Source: Laetmonice hystrix (taxonomy: Eukaryota). Taken from it: a stretch of DNA of 64,000 nt. The DNA is taken from positions 19,842,001-19,906,000 of the forward strand of contig OZ249436.1 of the NCBI GenBank assembly GCA_965235115.1, read 5' to 3'. Made by a program: the position numbers and the translations under genes. Under the pieces are notes generated by a model, which saw nothing but the letters and a program-made list of their open reading frames with translations, did no database searches and had not been told where the DNA came from. Below, one piece after another: positions 25,101-37,869 of the stretch (position 1 is the first letter of the stretch; the number at the start of each line of letters is the position of its first letter).

Positions 25101-28100
25101 GGATGGTTGGACACTGTAATACGGAAATCTGCATTTAACTGTGTCAGGCTGAATCAATCGCAGTCATAAACCGAGGGTTTGTCACTTCGATTCTTCTTTT
25201 ACCTGACCCCTCCCCCCCCCCCCCTCCCTAAACGATAGAAAAGAACTGACCGTATGTTGCCCATCCAATATTGGTTCTCGCCATCTCGCTTGAATAAAGG
25301 CGTCAGCATTAAACTTCTCAGCAACAGTGTCAATCTCGCCAAGTTTGAGGAAAACCACTCGCAGGTATATGATCACCTTTTCAGAAAAAATTAAACCTGG
25401 TCAAATAAGGTGGATGAAACGGGAAATAAAATATTATTTTCTAATTCCATGTCATTTGGTACCGAAAAGTTACGAACATAGTTTAGAATATAGTGTGCCA
25501 TTAAGATATCATGAAGTTGTGTTTTGTCTATACAAACAATATAACATTCAAATTTCGTTGACGGGGATCGTAATAGCTCCTTTGTGACAGTGACCGGGGA
25601 CCAGTTTGTAAAAACTTAAGATCTTGCTTAAGTTTAAGCTTAACGCTTCTGATTGGCTGGTCTGAGCTGACCAGCCAATCAGCTTGAGCGTAAACAGGAT
25701 CTATAAGCTTTTATCATAGATCATGTGTAGGAGACATCTATGCTTTTATGAACTGGGCCCATGCTATTGATCAGAATCTATAAGCACAATTTTTAATATT
25801 CCGGTATAGGCCTAAATAATAAAATACATATAAGTTTGTGACACTATGGGAGTAAATCATATCGAACAAGCTTCGTGATTGTGAAATATTGGTGGCTATA
25901 TAGCATATCCCCACCGTTTAAAAAATATAACAAGCAAACAAACAAACAAACGCTACAAGTACTTTTACCACGGGTTGCCTATTAATAGCGGTGTATTCTA
26001 CGCATCTTAACACACACGACTCTGGCAGAACCGAGGGTTTAAAAAAAATGCACGGAATCTCTTCATTTCTTTACACATAACTAGCTTCCTACAGGGAGCT
26101 CCTTCTGCCCATTTTGCAGATTTGTGTTCACTAACTATCCGCACAAAACAGCTATAGGCCTAAGACTGACTGCTGATTTTAGTGGAGGACACTACAATAC
26201 CCTGTTACACGCATCCAGAAAGTGTTATCTCGACTCCAGTACCTACACTGGAGTAGGTTCATTCCATAGCACAGCCACAGTGATGTCCCGAGAGAGGCGA
26301 GTCATGGCCTGGATGACCGAAGCCTGGCTAGTACTAATTTTACCTGGCTCCCGATTCCCCCACCGGCTCCGAACAGGTAGACGTTAACCCTTTACATTTT
26401 CTTGTTTATGCTGTAAGGGACCTCGGCGATGGAGAGGGCCGTCAGTTAGGATCATAGGTATCCGATTCCGAGCGACCCCGGACAAAAGGTGTTAACAAGG
26501 AGAGCATGTGTATAATAAACACACGCTAAGCTCTGTGATAATGTTGCGAAAGTAGGTAAAACAAGGAAAAAATATCAGTTTAACAACAGTGGAGTTTTAG
26601 TACGATTCCTACGTAATAAGCAAGCATATAATTCCTTCGCAAAACCTCCATCAGTATTCACTGAGATAAAGGCGTCATGAAAATACCACTCTATAGCTCT
26701 TCTTACTAGTTATTAGTGCATGTACCTATATGTACCTATATTTATATGCTATATCTAACGGAAACAAATAACTGCATACTTACATACGTACACATATTGA
26801 CATACACAGTTACATAGGTATACGTATACGTACGAACAACACATACATGATATTGACCTTCTATAGAGGGCCAAAGATAGCAGAAGGCGGACCGCTGTTC
26901 GGGAGGGCATTCGTCTTTAAGGGCATAACCCTTTCAACACTAAAAGGACACGAATGGTTTGATTGCTTGGTTCTTGTCATTATACTCACATGGGAGTTTC
27001 TTAATCTCACTGGAACCCCGGTAGTATAACTAAATATAGCCTCTAGGTGCCGTGCCCACCCAAGTTGCATGTTGGGGCCTCAATACATCATGCACCCGTT
27101 CATCTATAGCTTTATCGTTGTTAGTATATGACCACTATACTCACGAAAAACATTCACCTACTAATCTATAGGCAGATCTATATACTATTGTTTGTTTACA
27201 ATTAATTTTCTATATTGTTGACTCAAGCTATAGCGCAGGTGGCTTAGGGGTGAAGGTGTACGCGAGGCAGTTGGGAAGGCATTCATGTAAGCCTACGAGT
27301 TGGTATATCGTACCCGCTTACGGCTACTCCTCATCAGTAGGGTAGGGGGTTTAACTCTCACCCTGCGGGCCGGCCGTTCCAGCTCGTGCCCCAGGGTAGA
27401 GGATAGGTTGTACATGCCGATGGTTTCCAGCTTGCCGATTGATATACTAGAAGTCCACAGGTGAAGGTACGTGGGCGTGGTTCCTTTTCACCTCTCCCGC
27501 ATGTACACACATGTCGTCAAGGGAACCCGGCCCAGCTGCCAGAGTACCCTATCTCGGACATTGAGACCTGGGATACTATCAACGTTTGTAATGGCATCCA
27601 AAGAGTATCACGCATGTTGGCATTACACATCTAATTAAATGTACGATGTTAGGATGTCGACTTTCGAGTCCATTGAAGTTTGTTGACGTATCCTATCATC
27701 ACTGTCTTTCGGACTAGTTTCAAGCCTAATATTAGCAAACAACGTGCATGAAGGAAGTGCCGTGCCTGGTGTAGCCTTCCTTAGTCACGTGACCTGATTC
27801 CGCTGTACTGACCTAAGTCCAAACAAACTCCAGCTATAGACGACCATAGTCGGGCATAAGCAACAGTATTCTGGCTGTGTCAACTGGATGGGTGCCTATA
27901 ATTGCACGTACGACCGTTTGCATTGCATCAAAGGTTGCGCAGGCGTCTTTGCACGAGTTCCTTCACTCTAGTTGCAATTACATTTTTGGTTAACACGAAA
28001 TGGACAGGCGTTTTGCCCCTTGCAAACAAGGGAAGAGTTAACTTGAAGTGGCTGTTAACCCTATTAAAATAAGAGTGCGTGGCGCGTACTCCAAATGTAA

Positions 28101-31100
28101 GACTCCATTGGCTGAGATATGATGGTGTGGACTCCTTCTATTGACGTGGATGTGCCCAGAGTTACAGATAGCATACATTACTGTCGCGGTAACGCATGCT
28201 GCAGTGGGCCTATATGTTAACCAAAGAACGATCCAGGTAGTTATTTGAAGGCAACATTTCTGCTCCAGCTGTGTAGACCCAATTGAGGTTGTCCGAGGAT
28301 TTGCAGATCACCAAAGAAGACCGAACGACACCCAGACTAGAAACATACGACACTCCTTAAAACTGAACACACTTAATGTTTGATGGCTGAAGCACTATAA
28401 ACAGGTACGACCACTTGAACGACGGTGATAGATATCGTACTGACGACTGAGCCCCAGCACCTGTAAGTCCAGTATCGGCCATTTTGCAGGCCTCGGGAAG
28501 TGGACAGCTGGAGAGTGTCGTGGTGGTTCTTGTGCAGGGCGGGGGAGTAAGAGTTGCAACCGGGACAGCAGCAGCAGCAGCAGCAGCGCGGCAGGCAGGC
28601 AGGTGGGCAGAGATAGCCCTCCAATTATATATATACCCGTCCTCTGGGAAGTCCTCCGAGGTTACGGTACCACTACAAGTCTAAGGAGTAGAGGTGTAGG
28701 TAATCTCAGAGGTACTTCGCATACGTTAGCCATTACAAGAGTGCTTGGTAAACGCTGAAGTTCGTCATAACAATTGCTCTATACGTGAAGAACTTGAAAA
28801 CGAATCCTCGAAGTTCTGGCGATTCACAGAGCAAGGACGATACAATGGCAAAACTGTGAATCACTGGATTGTTATTGGCTTTCATACTCTTAATTAAGGA
28901 AAGAAAAAACTTGAAATTATGTCAACCTCGTTGTAACATGTTTTTCCTTCGCGCCACGTTAGAATGTAATTCAGACAAGACTGATACCGACCTCGGAATT
29001 GCATTTACTTTGGCTTCAACAGTAGTCCTTCGTGTTGCGGAAATGTCAACTGATCAACTGTCAACTGATAAGGGACAGATAAATACCTCATTGCAAACAT
29101 AATGTATAAAAAAGAGACGAAATCAATTATATTAATTCAGGAGAATATAATTAAATATGGACCATTATAATATTAGGGAGCAACACACCCATGGATGAAT
29201 ATCACATAAATATCATCAGGGAATAAACAACATGCATGGCGCGATCGAACTTTTGGAACCCCCTCTGACTTATCTTGGACACGCCCACATTGTGATCCGA
29301 TTTACAGAACAATTTCCTGTTTGTTTGGCGGGTTGCGTAACATTTCAAAGTAATTAATAGCTAGTTTCGTAACAACTAAAGGAATCATGTCAACCTGCGT
29401 TCCGGGAAGCCAGTTCGGCCTGGTTTTACGCTTACCTCGTCAAAATCTATGCACCTTCTGTCCCTAGGTTTAATATACGTATGTATTGCAAACAGACATC
29501 AGCGAAAAGCACTGTCACCTTCACATTCCACATTTCTGGTCGGGAACACTCAAAAACAACGCTGCTTTCCGCCATCGGGAATGTGTAACCTGCAGACATA
29601 GCGTTGCAACGGGTGAGATGCTCACGTGATTGTGACTATAGTTTCGCGTTTTGTGAAAAGGGTGTAAAGTCGCCCGGCTAAAACTCTATCGCAAAAAGAC
29701 GCGCGTCATTCCAAATTTGCTGTTTTTTAAATATTTTAAAAAGATATTCACGAATCCAATCAGGCAAGTAGGCAGTGCTATGGAACATAATTACCATGAC
29801 TATATACAAGCAGTATTTTCGCCAATTTGTAAAATCTAAATGAAATAATTGACACTATTCCTTTAACGTATTGTCAATATTAAAGACAGTATCTCGCGCC
29901 TAGGCACATACGTGATTACGTGGCCTTTCGCAAAACAAATATGTAAGCACTTCACAAAGTCATATAAGCTCCCCTATAACTTTTATGCACGTTTGATGGG
30001 TATTCTGTAAAAAAAATAAAAGTCTCAAAATTGGCTTTCAACCGATTGAAAATCTTCCCAGGCCAAGTGAATTGTATAGGCTGGCTCTGTCTGTTCGGTA
30101 CCGGTTCCCACGCGTATATTAATAGATGGCTATATATGTTCCTGTACGATTCGTTTTTCTTTATACTCCTACTATAAAATGTGTATACTTCCTTCAACAT
30201 CATCTAGGAGCATTAATTACTGCTGTTTACTCATAACAAGTGCTGACAGAATCAATACGACAGCAATCAGTACCATAATAAAGTATAGCCTACGTTCGTC
30301 AATAGGGGGCCTATAGTGAGGAGCTGAGCATGAATCTGTCGATCCCGTGTAAGAAATATACTGCAACGAGACCCAAAATGTGAAGCAATCTCTTTTTTTA
30401 AAATGTAATCATCTAGACTATAGGGACTTCTCCAAACTCATTCTTTGACACCTTGTTTCTCTCTAAGGAGGCATGTTAGAAATGTGGTCTGCAGTTACCT
30501 TCCTGCGGTTAGTATAGTTGTGCTTGCAGTTAGATGACTACCTGACTGACGGTGATGGATGCTACCATCATGGCTAGATACGCTAAGGCCTATATATAAT
30601 CCAGAAACGCGAGAACCAGCACAAAACTAACAGGAACAGCAGCGCCAGCGGTCTCACCCAAACTCCCCACCCGGACCGACATTTCTGGTGCCCAAAGTGG
30701 CGCACTGGGCCAACACTACAGTCAGCGTCCCTGTGCTATTACTCCGCCCGGAGTCCGAGTCGGACTGCATATGTTGTTCATCTTTGTATACCTGTAGGTT
30801 TAAAACAGCAGACGTTAGGCCTATGCCTATACGTGTATCAGATGGGCGGTTACCGTATACACGACAAATTACAGTCTGTAGCCTAGATTTCTCGAATTCT
30901 CACCTAAAAACTTAGAGCTTACTGTTTGGCAAGGCTTCACGTCGCAGACGTAAATTGGGGCACTGACTATACACACAAAACAAAACGGTCCCAATTGTAA
31001 ACATAGGACTGTGAGAAGCCCGTGGGGGCAAAGCTCACCAATAGACGAAGATCTATGCCGGTCCACGAGGCCTATTCTCGGGGATATACTTAATCGCAAG

Positions 31101-31653
31101 CCACCACACTCCAGTAAGAATAAGACAGAAGGGTATAATAATTCCTGTTTATGGTATACTAACATATATTCAGATTGGTCAGAATACCAGATAGAGTCTA
31201 GGCCTACCAGAAAATTACCCTCACCTTGTCATCACGTTTTATTTCAGCCTGCTCTTCAGTTTCCTGAACGGTAGCGTATTCATTTGAAACATTTTCCACA
31301 TGAAAAGCCTCATCTTGTGGTCTTATTCCAAACGTGGCATCGGTTCTAACACCTGACACAGTCGATTTTGAAACATGTCTTCTCCGTAGACAAGGTCCAT
31401 TTCCGTTCTCTAGTTGTCCTATTCCTGTTTGGATTGTGAAGTCTAGCGTCTTAAGCGCATCAATGATGGGATTTGGATCCATGGAAGTTGACCTCGTTTC
31501 AATACCTGATGCCACAGAACTGTCCCTTGACGCGTCTTCCATACTGGCGTTCGTATCATTCCTAATTTCGCAGGTTGATTTAAAACTGGCGTGTTGTTTG
31601 ATCTCACGCCGCATCTGTACACATACCGTCCGGTAAGAGCGGGGGATTACCAT
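22153..31653 (-). CDS. Pentameric ligand-gated ion channel subunit, Cys-less (Pro-loop) type, about 486 aa, 9 coding exons
   Basis: Minus-strand GT-AG exons, all phase 0: 31653-31225, 25376-25251, 24888-24685, 24509-24363, 23915-23805, 23282-23127, 22775-22596, 22413-22366, 22212-22153. Motifs: EIDTVAEKF.AD..IQARW, FWDPKLYIEN, ELMQYPFDTQ (Pro-loop without cysteines), QEW, RRSQFFFWNI (pre-M1), LPKVSYLTYLDKY (M2-M3). The start codon and exon 1 are less certain. Confidence 0.88.
23462..23769. repeat. 31-bp minisatellite, about 10 copies
   Basis: Unit GTGATGTGACCTTGTTTAGGCAAGGATTAAA is near-perfectly repeated with no unique spacers. It lies in a pLGIC intron. Confidence 0.95.
25596..25760. mobile_element. 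Short Harbinger-like MITE
   Basis: Imperfect TIRs GGGGACCAGTTTGTAAAA / TTTTATGAACTGGGCCC and an internal palindrome CTGATTGGCTGGTC..GACCAGCCAATCAG. Confidence 0.5.
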
Positions 31654-32136
31654 ACACACGTTAGTCTACGGCTGAGAATCTCGCGTCAAACATCATCCAT
31701 TCAGGCTGCAGGTCTATATTCGTTGCCTATACGGTTTTGGCCAGGAACAACGTGCTGTTGATCTAAAGTCAACACTCATTGAATAGCCTAATGCCTATAG
31801 GCCATATTTAGGCAAAGTTTATGTCCAGTGTAATGCGGCGAGGACCAAGCCGGTGGCACCGAAGGATTCTTTTCGTCAATTTTGGGTCTATTAAGGGTGA
31901 AAAGGAAGACTTTCATTTTTAACTAACGTGTATATGATATTTGTAATGTTTTTGTATAATCGTGAACATGAATCATTAGAAGAGGAACATTGAATGGTTG
32001 AAATAGGGCCTAATACCTTCTGCAAAGGACATTTTCGGAACGAAATTTATTGTGTATTTGGTAGGCCTACGCTTCACATAAAGGCAGGGTAAACACCCAC
32101 GGCAAATAAGGTTTCGTAGGCCAAATGAAACACTAT

Positions 32137-32758
32137 ACACATGTTGACTGGTCAAGAGGGCAACAGCATACGTCTGTTCCCCCCGAGGGACATGTTGATC
32201 ACCCCAAAATCAATCTATTTCCCGAGGGCATCGCCCGAGGGAAATAGATTGATTTTGGGGTGATCAACATGGCCCGAGGGGGGAACAGACGTATGCTGTT
32301 GCCCGAATAAGGCCAGTCAATATGTGTTTTATAACACGCCATACCTACATGCATTTCATTCAAAAGTAAACAGCGATTCCCGGCGACTGGGTGGGTTATT
32401 TTTAGTGTTCCTCCTGTGAGTGTGGCCTACATTAATTAGACGTCACTCACTGTGATGCCACACTCACTGTGATGCCACTAGCTCCTATCTAGGCCTACTC
32501 CTAGATCTGAATCTCTCTTTCATATAAATTCAAAACCCTTGTCAGTGCGGAAAAGTCGTCCGCTATTGTCTCAGAAGTTCTGCAGGCAAGGTAGTCCTAT
32601 TGCTATCACGCAACGATTTGTCGAAATATTTCCCATGGGCAATAAATAGTTCGACAACTATTGCCCGGTAAAGCATGAGACAGCATTAAAATGATTCGGA
32701 CCACGTGACCAGGAACCGACCAATCAGAGCGCAGGAAAGAAAGTAGGCGTGTTATAAC
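32137..32758. repeat. Palindromic repeat element: ~190-bp hairpin plus adjacent TTATAACACGCC...GGCGTGTTATAA-bounded unit
   Basis: 32137-32327 folds on itself (e.g. CATGTTGATCACCCCAAAATCAATCTATTTCCC / GGGAAATAGATTGATTTTGGGGTGATCAACATG). 12-bp inverted ends at about 32329 and 32758. Confidence 0.75.
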
Positions 32759-33307
32759 TTATAATAACGGAGACTTTTGAGTGGCAACTTGGGACTCTGT
32801 TGCCTCGCGGATTACGGCGGCTCGCCAAAAATCGACCTGTTTACAACCCGACCGTGACGTTATCACTTCCTATCTTGTGCATTCTCACGCTCGCGCCCCA
32901 CGCGGAAGGGGGGGGGGATTCGCCAACAGGTAGGCCTACTTGTAATGTAAACAGACATTCGTCCGCATTAGGCTATTTACTGCAACGGTTGAACAGGCAA
33001 CATGCCACGCACAGGGCACAAGTTCAGCTGAAAGACGCAGGAAACGTGAACGAGATATTACTTTTTGAGTTGTTCGAGTTGCGACCCAATGATAATGGCA
33101 ATATCAATGCCGGACTTGCTAAGATCCTTCTACTAGGCAGGTGATACTTTGCACGACTGACGAATTCATGTTAATATGTCCAGATTATCGTCCTTTTCTC
33201 AGCTAAAAGGCAGGTATTACCTATGATAGCGTTTCTGCTTGATGTTGAAAGCGTTTGGGGGAAATATAGGAGAATTGTCAACATTCGATGTACGTGTATT
33301 CGTTTAA

Positions 33308-33871
33308 AGGGAAATGTGAGTGTTCAAAGCGCCACCTAGTGAGTCGCGTTGGTACCACGGGGAAAATGTGAGTATTCAAAGCGCCGCGTAGTGAGCTTTA
33401 ACAGAAAAATGTTTGGCTTATTTATGCAGTCAACTAGTTTGATGTGGAAATCAGTAGTATTTTTTAAATGATGAACCAAACTGTGTGCCAGAACCTGTCT
33501 ACTCCATTGAATGCTATAGTTAAGATTCGTGTTTTACCAAGGCACTGACTGTTTGGCAGGCTGTAACCTTTTTTTTGATTCGGTGACCCCCAATTTATTT
33601 TGTTTTAAATATTAGTCCTGATCCACTTTATCTTGTGACCGAGTTTCAGGGGAAAATTGGTGGTCATTTTTTAACTATTAGTCAAAATGTCTGAAAAATC
33701 CTGTTTTCCCCATTGAAACCTATTGTAAAGACCCATCTTTTACGGAGGCCTTTATAAAAAAATCTAATTCGGTGACATATGATTTTTTTGTTTCTTTGTA
33801 CTCCTAAGGACAAAGACTATCCCACATGAAAATATTTTGAAAATTCTAGTGGTCGATTCGAACATTTCCCT
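33308..33871. mobile_element. Non-autonomous TIR element with TTAA target duplication (Kolobok-like)
   Basis: TTAA|AGGGAAATGT ... ACATTTCCCT|TTAA. Confidence 0.65.
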
Positions 33872-33917
33872 TTAAATGTAAACCCGTGACCTAAATAACT
33901 ACATATAGAAATACAGA

Positions 33918-34035
33918 AGAGAGAGCGAGAGAGAGAGAGAAAGAAAAAGAAGAAGAAGAAGAAGAAGAAGAAGAAGAAGAAGAAGAAGAAGAAGAAGAAG
34001 AAGAAGAAGAAGAAGAAGAAGAAAAAGAAGAAGAA
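33918..34035. repeat. (GA)n/(GAA)n microsatellite
   Basis: Direct read of the repeat tract. Confidence 0.95.
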
Positions 34036-35959
34036 TTTAAAGGTTTTACAATAACTATGAAAACAACAATCTAGTATTTGCTAATCAGTGTCATGATAGT
34101 CATTCATCTCTGACCTTATAACCTCGGTGAGCTAATGCATGTGTGTATTCTTTAAATGTTTTTCTCTTTTGCAAATCATGCACATTTCTATGGTAGCCTG
34201 GAAATGACGTGCATTCCCGAATTTTTATTTTCCTGAGTTTTTTCAGGACTTTTGTTTTCCTTACTTTTCTCTTCCGTTTTACGGACTTTTTATTTTTGCA
34301 TTTTGTACAACAAATATTGTTTTCGTTTCTCCCGACTTTTGGTTTTCCTGACTTTTTTTTAAGCTAAATAAAATTATTTGATTCATTAGGGTGGGGGGGG
34401 GGGGGAGAAATCTAAAGTATTTTCTGAAGTAGATCTACATGTATTAGAGATGGGCCTGTTGTGTTTGAAGCCCACAAGAGGGCGCACACACCAATCTCTG
34501 TTTTCCGAAAGAGGCCGCTGGACCCGCATGGGATAGATCTCGGCCTATTAGAGTCCGGTATAACGTCAGTCACTGCCTGATGTATGGAGTGGCTCGATAT
34601 TAGGCCTAAAGTGAAGAGGTTGCAACAGAGGTTGAATAGACTTTTCCTTTTCGGCCTTGACTTCTTGTATAAATAAAGTTTTTAGTAAAAGTTCTACATG
34701 ATTTTTCTGTCTATGGGTAGGCCTATATGTAACATTGCCCAGGGTCCTGGTTTTATATCAAAACACACAGGCCCACTCAAAACAAATCCGGACCTACCAA
34801 GTGCTGCATGGGCCGGGGGGGGGGGGTGACGCGTACCCCACGTCACCCCCCCCCCCTGGCTACGGGCCTAGCAGTGGTCATTGCTCTGACGGTCTTACCT
34901 GCATCGATCGTAACAGCTAGGCCTAGTTATAGCCACACATTGTATACATTTTGATTGCCAGAATCCAGCTGATTTTAACGGAAATTAAAAGTCGAGAAAA
35001 CAAAAACAAAAACCAAAGTATTTTATCTGAAAAAAAGTAAGGAAAATTAAAAGTCGGGAAACGGAAGTAGGCCTAATAACTCGGGAAAACAGAAGTGAAA
35101 AGTCACTCAGGAAAACGGAAGTGGAATGTCGAGAAAACAAACACCCCCCCCCCCCCCCCATGATGAAGAAAGTCAGGAAAATGAAAAGTCGAGAAAACGA
35201 AACAAATATTTTTTGTGGCCAGTCAGGGCCGTGCCCGGGGGTGGGGGTGTCTGTAACACCCCCCCCCCCCCCTAGGTGACAAAGATTTCTTTTTTTAGGC
35301 TTTTTAGGTCCTATAGCTAGCCTACTTGGATCCGTCCACTGTAACCCCCCCCCCCCCCCGCACCAATAACCCCCCACGGCCCCGGGCCTATAGTCTATGT
35401 CCTTTCTCAGCCAAAATACTTAGGCCTATAGGCCTATAGGCCTAAGTAGGCCTACTGTCTTTGCTGTGCTGTGGCGGGGTGCATGGGGTGGGCCTTTAGG
35501 CCAAGGCCTATATTTAAATTATTATAGGCCTATAGGCAGAGAGTGTAGTTTAACAGACTGCACAATCACGCCCGGCCCTTGAACCCCACACCATAGAACA
35601 GTGGTCGTTTCCCACTTTGGCCACTAGGCCTATAATATAGGCTATAGGCTACCAGAGCATTATTTTCCCCTGCCCCCGCCCGACCTTTGGATAGTTAGGC
35701 CTAGGCTAGGGAATTGTGGCAAAGCTCCATACACTTCCAATGGCAAAAGTCAAGGGGAGGGAAAAAGTGGGGGGGGCCAAAAGATACTCTGGCCCCCCCT
35801 CATTTCAAAGTGGGGGGGGGGCCATGACCCCCTGGCCCCCCCTTTTTCTACGCCCCTGCCCGGTTAAGAACCCCTGCCATATAGAAATAGACAACACGTC
35901 AGTCTAGTTCTATGCCCACACAGAGCCGGGCGCTCTCATCGTACGTAGGTGGCTACTGA

Positions 35960-36060
35960 ATACGGACCGCTCCCTTTCAGGCACAGTGTCGCCATCTGTA
36001 CACGGTTAGGAAGTTCACGCTGGGCATCCGATGCGGGCAGGAGAGGAAGACAACACAAAG
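35960..36060 (+). promoter_or_regulatory. Candidate promoter / non-coding first exon of the constant-exon zinc-finger gene
   Basis: CpG-rich patch with GTCGCCATCT (YY1-like, 35988), ending at a donor-like AAG|GTGAAG (36060/36061) upstream of the acceptor at 37834-37835. This is inference only. Confidence 0.3.
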
Positions 36061-36838
36061 GTGAAGGTGTGCTGATGAGGGTTTTTCCTAAATTATTTGA
36101 TGTGTATTCCTCAAGTTATTAATTAATCTACCTTAATGCCCCGTCAGAGATATTGTAGATAACTCAGATCGCACGATCGTTGTGTGTGAAACGGTATATT
36201 CGGAAAGATGCCATCACACCGGTAAAATGGTGCTTCTGATGAAACCGCCGCCATATTGGAAAATGTAAAATTTGCGAACAATGCTGGCTGATGTGTACAA
36301 GCATGGATGAGCTAGCTAGATATTGGGAATCCTCAATAACGGTCTTAATCGGCCCTCTATCCAAACTGGGACATTTAATGTATAGTTGCTGTGGTTCCTG
36401 TCGTGTCGGGGCGTTGTGATCATTATGCGAAATGCCTGGGCTGGGGTGATTTACTGGCGCAGTGTGAGAATAGCATTTTGCCAATGACGATTATGGAGCG
36501 GGAGGGAGCGGCTCAAGCTCCACCAAAACCGTCGGTTATAAGACCCAGTGTCTGTTACTTTTAGTGCCTATTCGCTGTGTGTGTTATTCATTTATAAATA
36601 ACCATGTTGCCAAGCACCGGAATTGAAGGACCTGAAAATGCTCTAAATTGATCCTCTTAAATTTGGTGCTAGACGAATGCTATGCCTGTAGATGCCTAAC
36701 TGTATCTAAGTCAAAGTACATGTCATAGGCCTAAAATGCCTAAATATTAGGCCTAAAATGCCCAAAATGTCTAAATATTACTACTACCTAGGCCTACATG
36801 GTACACTACATTAATACAATGCTCAGGGTGTGCGTCCA

Positions 36839-37137
36839 TTTCGGCCGCCTGCCGGTTCGGCCGCCCGTATGGTTAACGTTAGGGTGTAGGGGCCTATATC
36901 GAAATCGGCCGCCGCTCGAAGTCGGGTTAGGCCTAGGCCAGGGTTAGTTTAGTCCCGCGGGCGGCTCCGACGGCAGAGCCGGGGGTGCTGCGTGCAAAGC
37001 CCGATCGTCTTTAGGTTATTACGGGCGGCCGATTTCGAGCGGCGGCCGATTGAGTGACCAATAGCACCGCGGCAGTGACCCGCGGTGAAGCTGGTCACTA
37101 CAATATACGGGCGGCCGAACTGGCAGGCGGCCGAAAC
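36839..37137. mobile_element. MITE with GC-rich TIRs
   Basis: TTTCGGCCGCCTGCCGGTTCGGCCGCCCGTAT is mirrored by ATACGGGCGGCCGAACTGGCAGGCGGCCGAAA. Confidence 0.75.
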
Positions 37138-37869
37138 GACTGGCGAGCATGCTCAGTAGGTCTAATGTTAATGCAGTAAAGCTGTTGGCTAAGCCAAGCC
37201 CAAGAGCAAGGCTCAGGCCAGGGATTCTAATTTCTAGTTCTAAGGCCACTTAAAATTAATAAATTGTTTTACATGACTCCAACTTCTGAAATGTTGGTGA
37301 GTAGGGTATTTTATATTTTATATTTTTCCTTGACAAGAAGGACAGCAGAGATCACCAATACTGGAAAAATACTTTTAATTTCTCAATATCTCAACATTTT
37401 GTACAGCCCTCCTATACCTTGAGGGTCACTTTAACTGTAACACCCTGACAGAACTGTGGGAGACGGTTTTGGGGATGAAAAAAACGGACTTTTTGAAAAA
37501 TATAAAATATAAAAAAAATCGAGGCGGCGCCAAAAAATTGAGGCGGCCGGCCATGTAAAACAATTTATTAATTTTAAGTGGCCTAAACTCTTTTAGTAAT
37601 TGATCAAACCTGTAGTCAGTTCTTTGCTCCTGACTAGGGATTGACTTTTTCTTAACAATAACATAACCAATTAAGTCAATCTGAAATTGGTTAAGTACTC
37701 CTGAAAAAAAGGCCGTTTGATTTTGTTGATGGATTAAACTTTTACCCCGCCAGACAATATCTTTGAATCTCAAGCTTTTTACTCTTGTTAAAAGGCAACC
37801 ATAGATAACCATGTATCATTTATTTTAAATTGCAGAAAAGTTTTCCTGTGTGATGATCAATTTGCCAAA

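Noticed and set aside
28373..28684. Poly-Cys / poly-Ala ORFs
   Set aside because: They derive from a short (GCA)n tract, with no recognisable domain or consistent splice context.
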